From contig JAPEUG010000179.1 in assembly GCA_026025795.1 (NCBI GenBank), forward strand, positions 1 to 33,229: a DNA stretch of 33,229 bases, written 5' to 3'. This DNA is from Thelocarpon superellum. Taxonomy: Eukaryota. Below the pieces are notes generated by a model. That model made no database searches and was not told the DNA's origin. It saw only the letters and a program-made list of their open reading frames with translations. Both the position numbers and the translations under genes were made by a program. Shown here in pieces: positions 32,111 to 33,229 of this stretch (the stretch's first letter is position 1; each line of letters starts with the position of its first letter).

Positions 32111-33229
32111 ATGCCGCGCCGGGCGCGAACCTTGCAGTCGACGGGCCAAGCCGCGACAGCTCCGGCCCCGTCGCCGTCCCCCGTTGAGCTCACCCCGTCC
32201 CCGCCGAGTGCTCCGTCGGAGCTGGAAGCAACGGATGGCAACCGGCTGGCTCCAGACGCAGGGGCGTTGGAGGGCGTCGCCCGTCGTCAACCGCTGGTCG
32301 ATGGAGTTGAGCGAGAGGAGGAGGACGAGGGTGACGAAGAGGACGAGGACGGCGATGGCGACGACGAAGGTGAAGACGACGAGGACGAGGGTGAAGGTAT
32401 GGCGAGCGAGCAGTCAACCACCACCTCTTCTCTGTAAAGAAACACACATAGAAACGTGAAAATGACCGATCGCGCGTCTGCAGAGAGGCCTCCGCCGTTT
32501 GATCCCACCCACCTCAAGGAAATCGGCAATCTGGCATCATGGACCGTCTCGACGTGCAAGCCGGGTTGCGGGGTGGAGGCGCTCCGTGACGAGAGCCCAG
32601 AGTTATTTTGGCAGTGAGAAAAGCCCGCACGTTCCTCATGCCTGTACCACGCCCGCTGACGTGCTCCCTGCGGCATCAGGAGCGACGGCCCTCAACCCCA
32701 CCTCTTGAACATCCATTTTACACGCCTCGTGGCCATCACGCACATCCGCCTGTACCTCGACTTCAACTTGGACGAATCCTATACGCCGACGAAGCTGTCC
32801 TTCTTGGCTGGAACGTCACACCACGACCTACAGGAGTTTGTGGAACTCGCCTTTGAGCAGCCGAAGGGCTGGATCGACGTCGATTTGTCCGGCGTGGGAG
32901 GAGGCCGGGCTAACGAGAACGACGTCGAGGATGACGAGGCTGCGCTGCCGGTGCTCCGGGCCCACCTGGTGCAGATGCGCATCGCGGAGAACCATCAGAA
33001 CGGAAAGGACACGCACGTCCGAGGGCTCCAGATCTTTGCTCGGGACGAGACCAAGCGTGAGGCCAGCCGTGCGCTCAGCACCGCACCGGCGATCACGCAG
33101 GAGATGCAGCAGAGGGAATGGGACAACGTCATCATCTACGGTGATCGAGTAGACGCCGGAGACGAGAATGGAGAGGGACTCGATGGATGGCCCGGGGCTC
33201 ATGCCGACTCATCTCTTGCGGATGTCCTT
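32111..33229 (+). CDS. APC10: Anaphase-promoting complex subunit 10 (Doc1), 3'-partial; exons 32111-32396, 32484-32613, 32680->33229
   Basis: LKEIGNLASWTVSTCKPGCGVEALRD, FWQSDGPQPHLLNIHF, DESYTPTK, ENHQNGKDTHVRGLQIF. The frame is open to the window end. Confidence 0.94.

Noticed and set aside
16996..33229. Possible cell-cycle/cytoskeleton gene cluster (DML1, RNR inhibitor, SDA1, GIM3, APC10)
   Set aside because: Unrelated housekeeping genes interspersed with others; no shared motif or pathway evidence beyond chance

Overview
GC-rich, gene-dense eukaryotic DNA from a filamentous ascomycete (Pezizomycotina-type). It has short GT..AG introns (49-114 nt), mostly with CTRAY branch points. I reconstructed 14 protein-coding genes by hand: a small secreted cystine-knot-like protein, LHS1 (ER Hsp70, HDEL), RPS5, an uncharacterised coiled-coil protein, a GPI-anchored Thr-rich TTCP-repeat wall protein, DML1/misato, an AhpC/TSA-like redoxin, an Spd1/Dif1-type RNR inhibitor, SDA1, an intronless alpha/beta hydrolase, prefoldin subunit 4, a DHA1-type MFS transporter, a small membrane-anchored PPxY protein, and APC10 (truncated by the window end). 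No tRNA, rRNA, CRISPR array or recognisable transposon was found. Most of the window is housekeeping and I see no clear novel multi-gene system. The best leads are the modular knottin-like secreted protein, repeat-aligned introns in the adhesin-like gene, the small PPxY protein, hairpins in the three longest introns, intron-like signals in a 3.5-kb gene-free gap, and a structured AT-rich element at about 31.6 kb. All calls come from reading the sequence and recalled family motifs; no database searches were run.
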